DNA from: Alphaproteobacteria bacterium | GTDB taxonomy: Bacteria; Pseudomonadota; Alphaproteobacteria; Rs-D84 | Direction of reading: 5' to 3' | Length of the DNA: 64,000 nt | Assembly (NCBI GenBank): GCA_017472065.1 | Contig: JAFURB010000008.1 | Location: 107-64,106, forward strand | Shown: positions 8,621-17,758 of the stretch, one piece after another | Position numbering within the stretch: position 1 is the first letter of the stretch | Layout: every line of letters begins with the position of its first letter | Program-made: the position numbers and the translations under genes | The notes under the pieces: generated by a model | Told to the model about the DNA's origin: nothing | The model's input: only the letters and a program-made list of their open reading frames with translations | Database searches by the model: none

Positions 8621-8648
8621 AACCCGTCACAGACGGGTTTAATTTTAT
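8621..8648 (+). terminator. intrinsic terminator after virB10
   Basis: AACCCGTC-ACA-GACGGGTT hairpin followed by a T-rich run. Confidence 0.6.
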
Positions 8649-8928
8649 GCAAAAAGGACCTATACATAAAACAAATGGAATAAAAAAATGATTATTTTTA
8701 TATGCGTATATATGCGTCCACTTTTTGGGCGCATATTTTTTTATCAATCAGGCAAGATATCAGACGATGAATACGGTTGATTTATCGATTCGTGCAACTT
8801 TATAAAAATTCTGTTTCGAATCGATTTTCCGATTCACCAATCAACCGACGGTTGTAATATTTACCAATGTCGGTTTTTTAGGATATAAATCATAACATGT
8901 CGCAAAACAAAATAAAGGAGATGTAGAT

Positions 8929-9270
8929 ATGGAACAACAACAAGCGATTTATAACACTGAAAAATTTCAAAGTTCTGAACAATTATGGTTCTGGTTTTTG
9001 TATTCAAAATCTGTACGAAATGGGTTCATACAAAACAGTATGCGGGGGACACGACGGGTATGTGAACTGGTCGATGTGGAAACACTAATTACCAAGTTAT
9101 ATTTGTCAGGAAAACTGACCAATGAACAATTACAGGTCATGAAGGAATTCGGTGATAAAAGACGCGCACCGCACCAATATATCTGGCGCGAAAATCGTGC
9201 CGCAGACCAATGGCGGCGCGCAATGGATGTGATTCAGGATGCCGCAAAATCGCGGGGTTGGATTGAATAG
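8929..9270 (+). CDS. hypothetical protein (113 aa)
   Basis: ORF with an AAGGAG RBS 7 nt upstream. I recognise no family. It has a possible helix-turn-helix-like segment (KLTNEQLQVMKEFG). Confidence 0.5.
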   Translation: MEQQQAIYNTEKFQSSEQLWFWFLYSKSVRNGFIQNSMRGTRRVCELVDVETLITKLYLSGKLTNEQLQVMKEFGDKRRAPHQYIWRENRAADQWRRAMDVIQDAAKSRGWIE

Positions 9271-9284
9271 TAAAAGGAATTAAA

Positions 9285-9626
9285 ATGATTATTATTGCTT
9301 TTTCAAACAAGACATCAAAAATCATTCCACAGTTGTTGTGCTGTAAATTAAAGCATGTGGCACCAATTGTGCCATGTAACAACAAATTGATAATGTATCA
9401 ATTTGTATCCCCGGTACATACAGAAAAAATTGTTTTGCAAATGCGCGATATAAAAATATTGCAATCACATGGTTGGAAATTTGTTTATATTGATGGTGCC
9501 GCCATGCCACATGATTTTGATTCATACAATGCATACAGTTGTGTTGATTTAACCAAGCATGCGTTAGGTATAAAAAATTGGCGAATCCAAACACCGTGTG
9601 CGTTATATAAAAATTTGAACAATTAA
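9285..9626 (+). CDS. hypothetical protein (113 aa)
   Basis: Starts 14 nt after the previous ORF. The His...Cys order (KHVAP ... YSCVDLTKHALG) is faintly reminiscent of permuted papain-like (NlpC/P60, LRAT) folds. This is unverified. Confidence 0.45.
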   Translation: MIIIAFSNKTSKIIPQLLCCKLKHVAPIVPCNNKLIMYQFVSPVHTEKIVLQMRDIKILQSHGWKFVYIDGAAMPHDFDSYNAYSCVDLTKHALGIKNWRIQTPCALYKNLNN

Positions 9627-9650
9627 AAAACCCGGGAATCCCGGGTTTTT
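9626..9650. terminator. bidirectional intrinsic terminator
   Basis: AAAAACCCGGG-AAT-CCCGGGTTTTT between the convergent genes 9285..9626 and yidC. Confidence 0.75.
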
Positions 9651-9651
9651 A

Positions 9652-11211
9652 TTATTTATTATGTTTGATTATATACATCTGGATGATTCCAAATATATTC
9701 GAAACAGTCCAATACAGTACAAGTCCCGCCGGCATCCATGCAAACATTATCGTGAACAATATTGGCATCCAACGCATCATGCGTTGAGTCTGGGCCGCAA
9801 TATCATTTTTATCTGTGCCAGATGTTTTAGATGCACTTTGCAGATACTGCTGCAGCCACATTGTCGCCCCCATCAATATCGGCAAGATAAAGTATGGATC
9901 CATTACCGCCAAATCATTTATCCACAAGAAATGTGCGCTACGCATCTGGACCGATACCAATAATGCCTTGTACAATGCAAAGAATATCGGAATCTGAATC
10001 AACATCGGCAGACAGCCCGACATCGGCGATGTCTTGTGGCTCTGGTACACCTTCATCATTTCCATTTGCAGACGCATTTTATCATTGGCGTATAATTTTT
10101 GAATCCGCTGTAATTCAGGCTGCATTTTCTGCATCGCAATCATTGATGTGTATGATTTGCGTGTCAATGGCCACATCAACATGCGTAAAATCAATGTCAT
10201 TAAAATAATTGCAATACCATAATTCATTACCAGCGCATTTAATGTGTTAATTACCCACAACATTGGACGCGCCAAGAATCCAAACCAACCATAATCAATT
10301 GTGTCATCAATGCCAATGATGTACTTGTTCGCAGCCGCCAGGGCATCTGGGGATAATGGGCCCGCGTACAGGTTATATGAAATATTTGCCGTTGCGCCAT
10401 GTGCAACAGATATCGGTGATGCAACAACATCTGCACTATAATGCGTGCCAGTTTTTTTCAATGTCATTGTTTGGTCGGGGCTGTTAAGGGCGACAACTGT
10501 TTCCCAGTATTGATCACTGAACCCGATAAAACCATCAGTTGTGGTGTATGCATATGACCGTTTATCCATCTTGCGCCAATCAATGCGTTCGATATCTTGG
10601 TTTTCATATGCAATTGCGCCCGTCGATACACCCGCCGAATTGTTCACATCATTTGTGCGAACAATGTGGGCATATGGCGCAACAGAGATATCATGTTTTG
10701 CGTTATTCTTAATCGAATCTGCGATTGTTATAACATATCCATCCGTGGTAATGGTGCGCGTAAATTCAACACCATCAGAATTACGCCATGAATATACACC
10801 GTCTTTGTTTTTCCATACGGTTGTCGCGTTTGGTGCGGTCGTTCCATTGGCAATCATACCAAATTCTGCATATGCATCATCACCAGACAATAATGCGACC
10901 GGCGTATCATCAGTTGCCGATACAGTATAATCCTTTAACGCGATGTTTGATATGCGTATTCCACGAACAGATGCATCAATGTCATCGTTTGAAATTGTTG
11001 TCACAGGAACCATAGACACATCCATAGTTTGAACAACATCTTTTGTTACATCTGTTGTTTTTGGGGTCATCCATACCCCCAGCAACCACCACACACCAAT
11101 GAATATCAAAAACCACCATAAAAATCCACCAAATGCAGATTTTTTAGCTGTGGCATTTTTATTTGCGTTCCACTGGGCAAAGCCAGAATTTCTATCCATA
11201 TACTGAATCAT
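9652..11211 (-). CDS. yidC: membrane protein insertase YidC
   Basis: 519 aa. Large periplasmic domain plus a C-terminal 5-TM core (LKMQELQPE-like MQKMQPELQRIQKLY, GCLPMLIQIPIFFALY, GLVLYWTVSNIFGIIQ). Confidence 0.93.
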   Translation of the reverse strand: MIQYMDRNSGFAQWNANKNATAKKSAFGGFLWWFLIFIGVWWLLGVWMTPKTTDVTKDVVQTMDVSMVPVTTISNDDIDASVRGIRISNIALKDYTVSATDDTPVALLSGDDAYAEFGMIANGTTAPNATTVWKNKDGVYSWRNSDGVEFTRTITTDGYVITIADSIKNNAKHDISVAPYAHIVRTNDVNNSAGVSTGAIAYENQDIERIDWRKMDKRSYAYTTTDGFIGFSDQYWETVVALNSPDQTMTLKKTGTHYSADVVASPISVAHGATANISYNLYAGPLSPDALAAANKYIIGIDDTIDYGWFGFLARPMLWVINTLNALVMNYGIAIILMTLILRMLMWPLTRKSYTSMIAMQKMQPELQRIQKLYANDKMRLQMEMMKVYQSHKTSPMSGCLPMLIQIPIFFALYKALLVSVQMRSAHFLWINDLAVMDPYFILPILMGATMWLQQYLQSASKTSGTDKNDIAAQTQRMMRWMPILFTIMFAWMPAGLVLYWTVSNIFGIIQMYIIKHNK

Positions 11212-11213
11212 GA

Positions 11214-11753
11214 TTATTTACACCCTTTGTTACAATTTTCAATACATTTACGGCGCGCAATATACCAATACAGAATATACAAACCAACACCAACAACAAT
11301 ACATATATCGGCAATATTAAAGGCCGGCCAATGATAACCACCGATATGAAAATCCAAGAAATCTACAACCGCACCAAAACGAATACGATCAATCAAATTC
11401 CCCAACGCGCCACCGGCAATTAATGCCAATGGCACAATTTCATATCTTTTTGCGCGCGCAAATAAATAATACAAAATTATACCAATGATTATGCCTGTCA
11501 TTAATATTAACGCAATCGGCGCGTATTCACCCAGACCATTAAACAGCGAAAATGCCGTTCCAAAGTTCCATGTGAACACTATGTTAAAAAATCCAGTCAC
11601 AGGTGTCATCAAATATGGATGTGGGACCAGTTCCCATGCCGCCCCCATTAATGGCACGCCACCTGTAATTAAATACAGCAACGCACCCTTGGACAGCAAA
11701 TCCAATGCAATCACACCAAATATTATCATCAGTATAAAAAGTATCTTTTTCAT
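11214..11753 (-). CDS. lspA: lipoprotein signal peptidase (signal peptidase II)
   Basis: Trimmed to the Met at MKKILFILMIIFGVIALDLLSKG. Motifs FNIVFTWNFGTAFSLF and GGALGNLIDRIRFGAVVDFLDF. Confidence 0.9.
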   Translation of the reverse strand: MKKILFILMIIFGVIALDLLSKGALLYLITGGVPLMGAAWELVPHPYLMTPVTGFFNIVFTWNFGTAFSLFNGLGEYAPIALILMTGIIIGIILYYLFARAKRYEIVPLALIAGGALGNLIDRIRFGAVVDFLDFHIGGYHWPAFNIADICIVVGVGLYILYWYIARRKCIENCNKGCK

Positions 11754-11806
11754 ATTACTTTCCTTGGTCCAACAGAATATAGCAATCACGCCACATAATT
11801 GCAAAT

Positions 11807-11831
11807 AAAATGTCCCCATCGGGGACATTTT
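11807..11831 (-). terminator. intrinsic terminator after the CPA2 antiporter gene
   Basis: AAAATGTCCCC-ATC-GGGGACATTTT. Confidence 0.65.
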
Positions 11832-11846
11832 ATTATGGGATATATA

Positions 11847-13553
11847 TCACTGCTTATCAGATATCTGGGGGTCCAGTTCCGCATAATCATTTGTACGCAT
11901 GTTATCCAACAATCGCCGTATCTGAACATCTGATGCCCCCAGGTGATTCAGGACACTGCGCCCCAAGAAAAATGATGATTCAATTGTTTCTGGCATGGCG
12001 GCATAGCATCCGTCTTTTAATAATACCTTGGAATCGGCCAAATTGCGCGCACGCGCGAAAATCTTGGCACGCGGGGCAATCGTCTTAATTGCCGCAACAG
12101 TCTTGCGCGCGGTGCCGGCATTGTCCAGCGCAACAACAACCGCACGCACCCTGCGTGGGGCCAAACCAAAATCACGCAAAACAGATGCATTGGTTGTATT
12201 GCCATAGACAACATTAAAACCACGTTCACGACCGACCATAACAGAACTGACATCCAGGTCAATTGCAACATACGGCACATGCTGTGATTCAAGCATTTGT
12301 GCAACAATTTGCCCCACACGGCCAAAGCCACAAATAATAACATCTGGTTTAATCGTGGCATCTGCATCATCTAAGGTGCGGGGGAAACGCTGAACCATCA
12401 GGCGACCGGTGCGACGCAGATAATCATACAGCGCCAATAAAATCGGGGTCGTCATAATTGACAGTATGATTATCGCAGATAAAATCTCTTGGTGGGTCAA
12501 TGGTATCGCATCAATCCCAGATGTCTTTAATGTCTGTAACATTAACAGGGCGAATTCACCACCCTGGGCCAACAATAATGCAATCATGGTTGCATCAGGG
12601 ATGCTGACATTACGGACACGGGCAACCATAAATATCGCAATGAACTTTATCGCGACCAGGCCAATTAATCCGCCTAAAACAATATACCAATATTCACCCA
12701 ACATCGGCAGGTTTAATCCCATTCCCAGAACAACAAAGAATAACGCCAAGAACAATGTTGCATATGGGTCAATTTCGGCATCTATTTGATGACGATAAAC
12801 CGTTTCAGACATTAACATACCGGCCAAAAACGCGCCCAATCCCGCCGGCAACCCCATCAAATCCAGCAACACAGCCCAGATAACAATGTTCAACATGACG
12901 GCCAATAAAAAGGCTTCCTTGGATTTTAATTTAGAAACCAACTTTAACAACGGATTTAACACAAATCGCCCAATCACAACAACCGATACGATTAACGCAA
13001 CGGATATAACGATAACATCAATGGCACTGGCCCCCAGGTCAAAACTTTTCCCGGCAAATACTGGCAACATTGCCAACAGTGGAATTGACAACAAATCCTG
13101 GAATAACAAAATGGAAAATGTTTGACGACCCATGTTTGTATTTACCTGGTTCCGGGATGCCAACAGATCCATAGCAGACGAAGTACTGGACATTGCCAAC
13201 ATCAATGACACCATCACACACCCCATCACAGACCAAACTGTTACACCAAACAGCAGTGGGAACAACATTATTGCAACCATCATAACCTGGGCGGCACCAA
13301 AACCAAATATCGTGTGACGCAAATTCCACAGACGACGAATATTTATTTCAAGCCCAATCGTAAACCACAAAAATAAAATTCCAATATCCCCAAGAAATTG
13401 CCAGGTTTCATTTATTTCAAACAGATTAAGTGCATGTGGTCCAGATAAAATCCCAGCAAATAAAAATGCGACCAATGCACTGATTTTTGCCATACGCAAT
13501 GAATACACCAGAACAAATACAACTGCTAAAAAAATCAAAACCGATATTGACAT
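11847..13553 (-). CDS. kefB: CPA2-family monovalent cation/proton antiporter with a TrkA-N (KTN) domain, KefB-like
   Basis: 568 aa. About 12 TM helices followed by the Rossmann motif VIICGFGRVGQIVAQML. Confidence 0.75.
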   Translation of the reverse strand: MSISVLIFLAVVFVLVYSLRMAKISALVAFLFAGILSGPHALNLFEINETWQFLGDIGILFLWFTIGLEINIRRLWNLRHTIFGFGAAQVMMVAIMLFPLLFGVTVWSVMGCVMVSLMLAMSSTSSAMDLLASRNQVNTNMGRQTFSILLFQDLLSIPLLAMLPVFAGKSFDLGASAIDVIVISVALIVSVVVIGRFVLNPLLKLVSKLKSKEAFLLAVMLNIVIWAVLLDLMGLPAGLGAFLAGMLMSETVYRHQIDAEIDPYATLFLALFFVVLGMGLNLPMLGEYWYIVLGGLIGLVAIKFIAIFMVARVRNVSIPDATMIALLLAQGGEFALLMLQTLKTSGIDAIPLTHQEILSAIIILSIMTTPILLALYDYLRRTGRLMVQRFPRTLDDADATIKPDVIICGFGRVGQIVAQMLESQHVPYVAIDLDVSSVMVGRERGFNVVYGNTTNASVLRDFGLAPRRVRAVVVALDNAGTARKTVAAIKTIAPRAKIFARARNLADSKVLLKDGCYAAMPETIESSFFLGRSVLNHLGASDVQIRRLLDNMRTNDYAELDPQISDKQ

Positions 13554-13583
13554 TTGCCCCCCTACATATCAATTATAATCAAA

Positions 13584-14408
13584 CTATAACAAATCGTGCG
13601 CCATTAATGCAAATGTTTCTGGTGCAATTTTTTCTGCACGTTCTGTGCCGGTTAACCCGTATTTTTCCCAATTAACATTTGGCATGATTGCGCGTATCAT
13701 TTTTCGACGCTGGCCAAACAGTTTTGCCGTTAATTGTTCTATTTTTCCCAAATCATGCAGTGCCGCAATTTTTTCCATATTTGGAATTATTTGCACAACG
13801 GCACTTTGCACCTTGGGGCGCGGAACAAATGCAGTGTTTGGAACATCAATTATAATCTTGCTGTCTGCGATTAAGGATGTCAGTACCGCCAAGCGACCAT
13901 AATGTTCATCACCAGGGCGGGATGTTATTCTTAGTGCAACCTCGCGCTGGAACATTAATGTCATGGATTTTATTTTTTCACCAGATGCAATTTTATGCAG
14001 CCAGCCAATCAATAGTTCTGTGCCAACATTATACGGCAAATTCGCACAGATTGCATATTCTGCAACACCCAGTGCAGAAAAATCCACCCGCAAGGCATCA
14101 TCAAATATCACACGCAACCGACCATCAGATGCATCAATTACCTGGGATAAAATTGGTTCGGTTGTTTTGTCTTTTTCGATTGCAATAACCTGTTTGGCAC
14201 CGGCCAATAATATCGCACGGGTAAGACCGGCGGGACCGGGTCCAACCTCGACCACGGGGATTTTTTCAATATCTGGGACACTGCGCGCAATGCGACCTGT
14301 CAAATTCAAATCAAATAAAAAGTTTTGACCAAACTGCTTCTTAGGTTCCAGTCCACATTCACGCATCATTGACGACACAGGTGGCAAAGATGCTATTTTA
14401 TCCGTCAT
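13584..14408 (-). CDS. rsmA: 16S rRNA (adenine1518/1519-N6)-dimethyltransferase
   Basis: 274 aa. Motifs KKQFGQNFLFD and VVEVGPGPAGLT. Confidence 0.92.
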   Translation of the reverse strand: MTDKIASLPPVSSMMRECGLEPKKQFGQNFLFDLNLTGRIARSVPDIEKIPVVEVGPGPAGLTRAILLAGAKQVIAIEKDKTTEPILSQVIDASDGRLRVIFDDALRVDFSALGVAEYAICANLPYNVGTELLIGWLHKIASGEKIKSMTLMFQREVALRITSRPGDEHYGRLAVLTSLIADSKIIIDVPNTAFVPRPKVQSAVVQIIPNMEKIAALHDLGKIEQLTAKLFGQRRKMIRAIMPNVNWEKYGLTGTERAEKIAPETFALMAHDLL

Positions 14409-15010
14409 AATGATTTACGCCCCCCAAACGCCAATGTTAATGTACCATCATCAATATAATCCAAATCACCGCCCAGTGGCACCCCAGATGCCAATTCTGT
14501 AAACGACACATTTTCAACATTACCAATAACAGACATAATGTAATGCTGGGTCGTTTTGCCTTCGACTGTATTTGGCAGGGCAAAAATTATTTCACGAATA
14601 TTTTCTTGCTCAATACGCGCCCCCAGGTTTTTAATATTCAAATCCGTTGGTAAAATGCCACCTGCCCCGGACAGCAAACCACCAATTATATGATAACGAC
14701 CATGGAACACCGATGATTTTTCCAATGTCCAAACATCCGATAAATCGCGTACAATGCATAACTGACCATTGGCACGGTTGGCATCGCGACAAAATTCACA
14801 CAAACTGTTGCAATCAGTTAAAACACCACAGCACGCACATGGCGCAATTGTTTGCGCCGCATCAATCAACGCAGATGCCAATGTTTCGGCACGACCCGTC
14901 TTGTCCTGTAATAACGCCAGGGCAATACGCTGACCGCCACGCGAACCAACGCGTGGTAATTTTGCAAATAACTTAATTAACTTTTCTATTTTTGGATTCA
15001 TGATATTCAC
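14405..15010 (-). CDS. recR: recombination protein RecR
   Basis: 201 aa. LPRVGSRGGQRIA helix-hairpin-helix, a C4 zinc finger (CACCG...CEFC) and a Toprim segment. Overlaps rsmA by 4 nt. Confidence 0.92.
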   Translation of the reverse strand: MNIMNPKIEKLIKLFAKLPRVGSRGGQRIALALLQDKTGRAETLASALIDAAQTIAPCACCGVLTDCNSLCEFCRDANRANGQLCIVRDLSDVWTLEKSSVFHGRYHIIGGLLSGAGGILPTDLNIKNLGARIEQENIREIIFALPNTVEGKTTQHYIMSVIGNVENVSFTELASGVPLGGDLDYIDDGTLTLAFGGRKSL

Positions 15011-15016
15011 ACAATA

Positions 15017-16207
15017 CTAGTGAAAAACATAACTGTCAATACCGTTGGCGGTGGCAGATGATTTTAATTTTTGTGCAGCAGATTCACTTAAACCATTTAC
15101 ACGCACGCGATACATCCCATTGGGTGCCGTTTCGATAACCGCATTGGCATTAAGGCGCGATTTTACATTGGCAACCTGGGATTGGGCAGCGGCGCGGGAT
15201 GAAAATGCACCAAACTGAACCCCGGCAGAGCCCACCGACCCCACAGCATTTGATACGCGTGGTTTTGACACAGGGGTCGCCGTACGATATTCCGGCACTG
15301 CGGCGGCGGTTGCCGCATTATATGCCGCATTAAATGTTGCCGCAGATTGTGTTGTGTCATTTGGTGCAGAATATGTACGCACAGGCGCCGTCACCGCCAC
15401 AGATTCAGGCGACACGCCCATCATTGAAAACCCCTTGTTTAACATTTGGGCCGCGACATTTGCGCGCACATCTTTGTTTTCAGCCCCCAATACCACCGAC
15501 ATCAGGTGTGCGTTACCACGATGCGCCGTTGCAACCAACGAATATTTAGATTTTTTTGTGTACCCAGTCTTCATCCCGTCACAACCATTAAATGCCCCCA
15601 ACAGGCGATTTCCATTTGTGTATGTCTTGCCATTATATGTCCAAGATTTTATCCCAAAATATTTCCAATACTGGGGAAAATGTTTATACACAGCCATGGA
15701 CAACAATGCAATATCGCGCGCCGTTGACATGTGATCTTCGTTCGGCAGGCCCGATGAATTTTCAAAATTAGTACGCGTCAATCCAATTTCACGTGCAACG
15801 CGCGTCATTAAATCAGCAAATGATTCTTCCTGGCCACCTTTGAGGTTTTCAGCCAACACACGCGCAACATCGTTTGCACTGTGTACAGCGACAGCCTTTA
15901 TCGCGTCTTCGACACGGATTTTTGACCCCGCCGGCAGCCCCAATTTCACCGGTTCTGCATTTGCCGCAGATTGCGACACAATCAAATAATCATCCAAATT
16001 TAATCGGCCATGTTCCAGCGCATCAAATGTTAAATAAAGTGTCATTATCTTGGTTAACGATGCCGGATAATTTAATTCATTTGCGTTTTCTTGGTACAAA
16101 ACACGACCTGTATCCATATCTGCAACCAATGCCGCACGATACTGGGCCGCATATGCAGGCGCACACAAAAATAATAATGGTAAAATTAGAAAACGCATCC
16201 TCATCAC
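15017..16207 (-). CDS. D-alanyl-D-alanine carboxypeptidase (PBP5/6 class) with a C-terminal SPOR domain
   Basis: Signal peptide. Motifs SLTKIMT (SxxK), HSANDVA (SxN) and KTGYT (KTG). The C-terminus GVQFGAFSSRAAAQSQ...GMYRVRVNGLSESAAQKL is SPOR-like. Confidence 0.88.
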   Translation of the reverse strand: MMRMRFLILPLLFLCAPAYAAQYRAALVADMDTGRVLYQENANELNYPASLTKIMTLYLTFDALEHGRLNLDDYLIVSQSAANAEPVKLGLPAGSKIRVEDAIKAVAVHSANDVARVLAENLKGGQEESFADLMTRVAREIGLTRTNFENSSGLPNEDHMSTARDIALLSMAVYKHFPQYWKYFGIKSWTYNGKTYTNGNRLLGAFNGCDGMKTGYTKKSKYSLVATAHRGNAHLMSVVLGAENKDVRANVAAQMLNKGFSMMGVSPESVAVTAPVRTYSAPNDTTQSAATFNAAYNAATAAAVPEYRTATPVSKPRVSNAVGSVGSAGVQFGAFSSRAAAQSQVANVKSRLNANAVIETAPNGMYRVRVNGLSESAAQKLKSSATANGIDSYVFH

Positions 16208-16281
16208 ATGTGCAGTTTAGTAAAATTTCACACATTTGGTCAATCAATAAAAAGACAAATTGTTATTACGATTTGAAACTC

Positions 16282-16305
16282 AAAAAAAAACCCGGCGTTG
16301 CCGGG
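16282..16305 (-). terminator. intrinsic terminator after acpS
   Basis: CCCGGC-GTT-GCCGGG hairpin with a 9-nt U-tract on the minus strand. Confidence 0.7.
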
Positions 16306-16310
16306 ATACT

Positions 16311-16685
16311 TTATTTTTCAATCACAACCATAGCGGCACAATAGTCCGCCTGGTCGGTAATAGACAAATGAACATGTGCATCAGCACCGGCGATTTCTTT
16401 AAGTGCAGCCTTGGCACCACCGGCGATTAATAATTCTGGACGACCCGCATCATTATGAACAACAGACACATCTGAAAAAGCAATATCATCACCAAACCCA
16501 GTGCCAAGTGCCTTTAGAAACGCTTCGCGGGCGGCCCAGAAATTTGCCAGATGTTTTTCAGAATTCGCATTATCGTTATCTGCGTATTCCAATTCTTTTT
16601 TTGTAAATATGCGCTGCTTTTTGAATGCAGACCAATCAAGGAAACGATCGCATTCGACCAAATCAATTCCGATACCTGTTATCAT
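16311..16685 (-). CDS. acpS: holo-[acyl-carrier-protein] synthase
   Basis: 124 aa. ITGIGIDLVECDRF N-terminus and FAAREAFLKALGTG-type motif. Confidence 0.92.
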   Translation of the reverse strand: MITGIGIDLVECDRFLDWSAFKKQRIFTKKELEYADNDNANSEKHLANFWAAREAFLKALGTGFGDDIAFSDVSVVHNDAGRPELLIAGGAKAALKEIAGADAHVHLSITDQADYCAAMVVIEK

Positions 16686-16771
16686 AACGGGTTTCTCCCT
16701 TCGTTGATGGTGTTAAACTTGATGTGTGCATACTAGTAACATTTATCCGATTCGTGCAAGCACAAAATACA

Positions 16772-16799
16772 AAAAAATACCGGCAATATTTTGCCGGTG
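16772..16799 (-). terminator. intrinsic terminator after the small Lys/Cys-rich ORF
   Basis: ACCGGCAA-TATT-TTGCCGGT hairpin with a U-tract on the minus strand. Confidence 0.65.
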
Positions 16800-16804
16800 T
16801 TGTT

Positions 16805-16912
16805 TTATTTATCACACTTGGATTTATCATTGTCTGATTTCTTGTCTTCGCGGCCAGAATTTAAGCCACTGCAATTCTTACATTTACACTGTTTATCATC
16901 ATGTTTTGACAT
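16805..16912 (-). CDS. 35-aa Lys/Cys/Asp-rich peptide (hypothetical)
   Basis: MSKHDDKQCKCKNCSGLNSGREDKKSDNDKSKCDK. I trimmed ORF 16805..17008 to the internal Met, which has an AAGGAT RBS. A dedicated terminator follows. Confidence 0.4.
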   Translation of the reverse strand: MSKHDDKQCKCKNCSGLNSGREDKKSDNDKSKCDK

Positions 16913-17058
16913 TTTGTATCCTTTTTTATTTGTTGTTGTTTTTGTTATGTCCGGACACAAATATGATATACGATACCACCCCTGCCCTACAATATGCATG
17001 AATTCCAAAAGAAATAATTTGTGTTTTATTCAAATTTGTTATATTATGCGCGCTATGT

Positions 17059-17135
17059 CGGGGTGTAGCTCAGCCTGGTAGAGTACTTGCATGGGGTGCA
17101 AGGGGTCGCAGGTTCGAATCCTGTCACCCCGACCA
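17059..17135 (+). tRNA. trnP: tRNA-Pro (anticodon GGG)
   Basis: Acceptor CGGGGTG/CACCCCG, anticodon loop ATGGGGT, T-loop TTCGAAT, encoded CCA. 77 nt. Confidence 0.88.
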
Positions 17136-17144
17136 TATAAATTT

Positions 17145-17166
17145 AAACGGGTATTGTACCCGTTTT
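17145..17166. terminator. bidirectional terminator after tRNA-Pro
   Basis: AAACGGGTA-TTG-TACCCGTTT followed by a T-run. Confidence 0.6.
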
Positions 17167-17614
17167 ATTTTTTATCCATTTCATAACCACAATTGGTGCG
17201 TATCATATCTGCTATATGCATTTCCATGGCACGCATACGACCGGCATTAACCGCACACGGGTCACATGTTCGGCGCAGTTGTCCCGCCCGGCATGTAAAT
17301 GACACATCATTGCAATAGCCCGTTACCCGTGTTAAAACCGCATCATTAGCATATGTGTCGGCCATGGTTTTGTATCGGGTGGGGATTAATTCTTGGTTGT
17401 ACGCCCACATACGTGACACAGCGTCACGCGTTTGCTGAACACATGGATCGTTATTCATGATGTATGTAATATTTGTACTGTTGGCGCGTTGGGTGTTATA
17501 TCGCGTTATAATTAGCCATGCAACAATACTGATACAAACAACCGTTACCATAAACAATAAAATGTAGTGCGCGATGGTAAAAGCACTGGTTTGATATTCC
17601 ATATTTTTTGCCAT
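17165..17614 (-). CDS. hypothetical membrane-anchored Cys-containing protein
   Basis: Trimmed to MAKNMEYQ. One N-terminal TM (FTIAHYILLFMVTVVCISIVAWLII), then a ~110-aa domain with 6 Cys. No family recognised. Confidence 0.5.
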   Translation of the reverse strand: MAKNMEYQTSAFTIAHYILLFMVTVVCISIVAWLIITRYNTQRANSTNITYIMNNDPCVQQTRDAVSRMWAYNQELIPTRYKTMADTYANDAVLTRVTGYCNDVSFTCRAGQLRRTCDPCAVNAGRMRAMEMHIADMIRTNCGYEMDKK

Positions 17615-17758
17615 TTTATCCCCCCTGCCCCATGTATAATAACATGACAAAGTATAACTTTATACGGGTTTATATTCCGTCGGAAAATCTTGATTTTTAG
17701 AAATTTGGCGATAAAATAGGACCACAATCATAGTTATATAAAATCAAAGGGGGCGCGG

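Noticed and set aside
9911-9935. DnaA-box-like TTATCCACA
   Set aside because: It is a single copy inside yidC with no cluster or AT-rich unwinding element, so it is not an origin.
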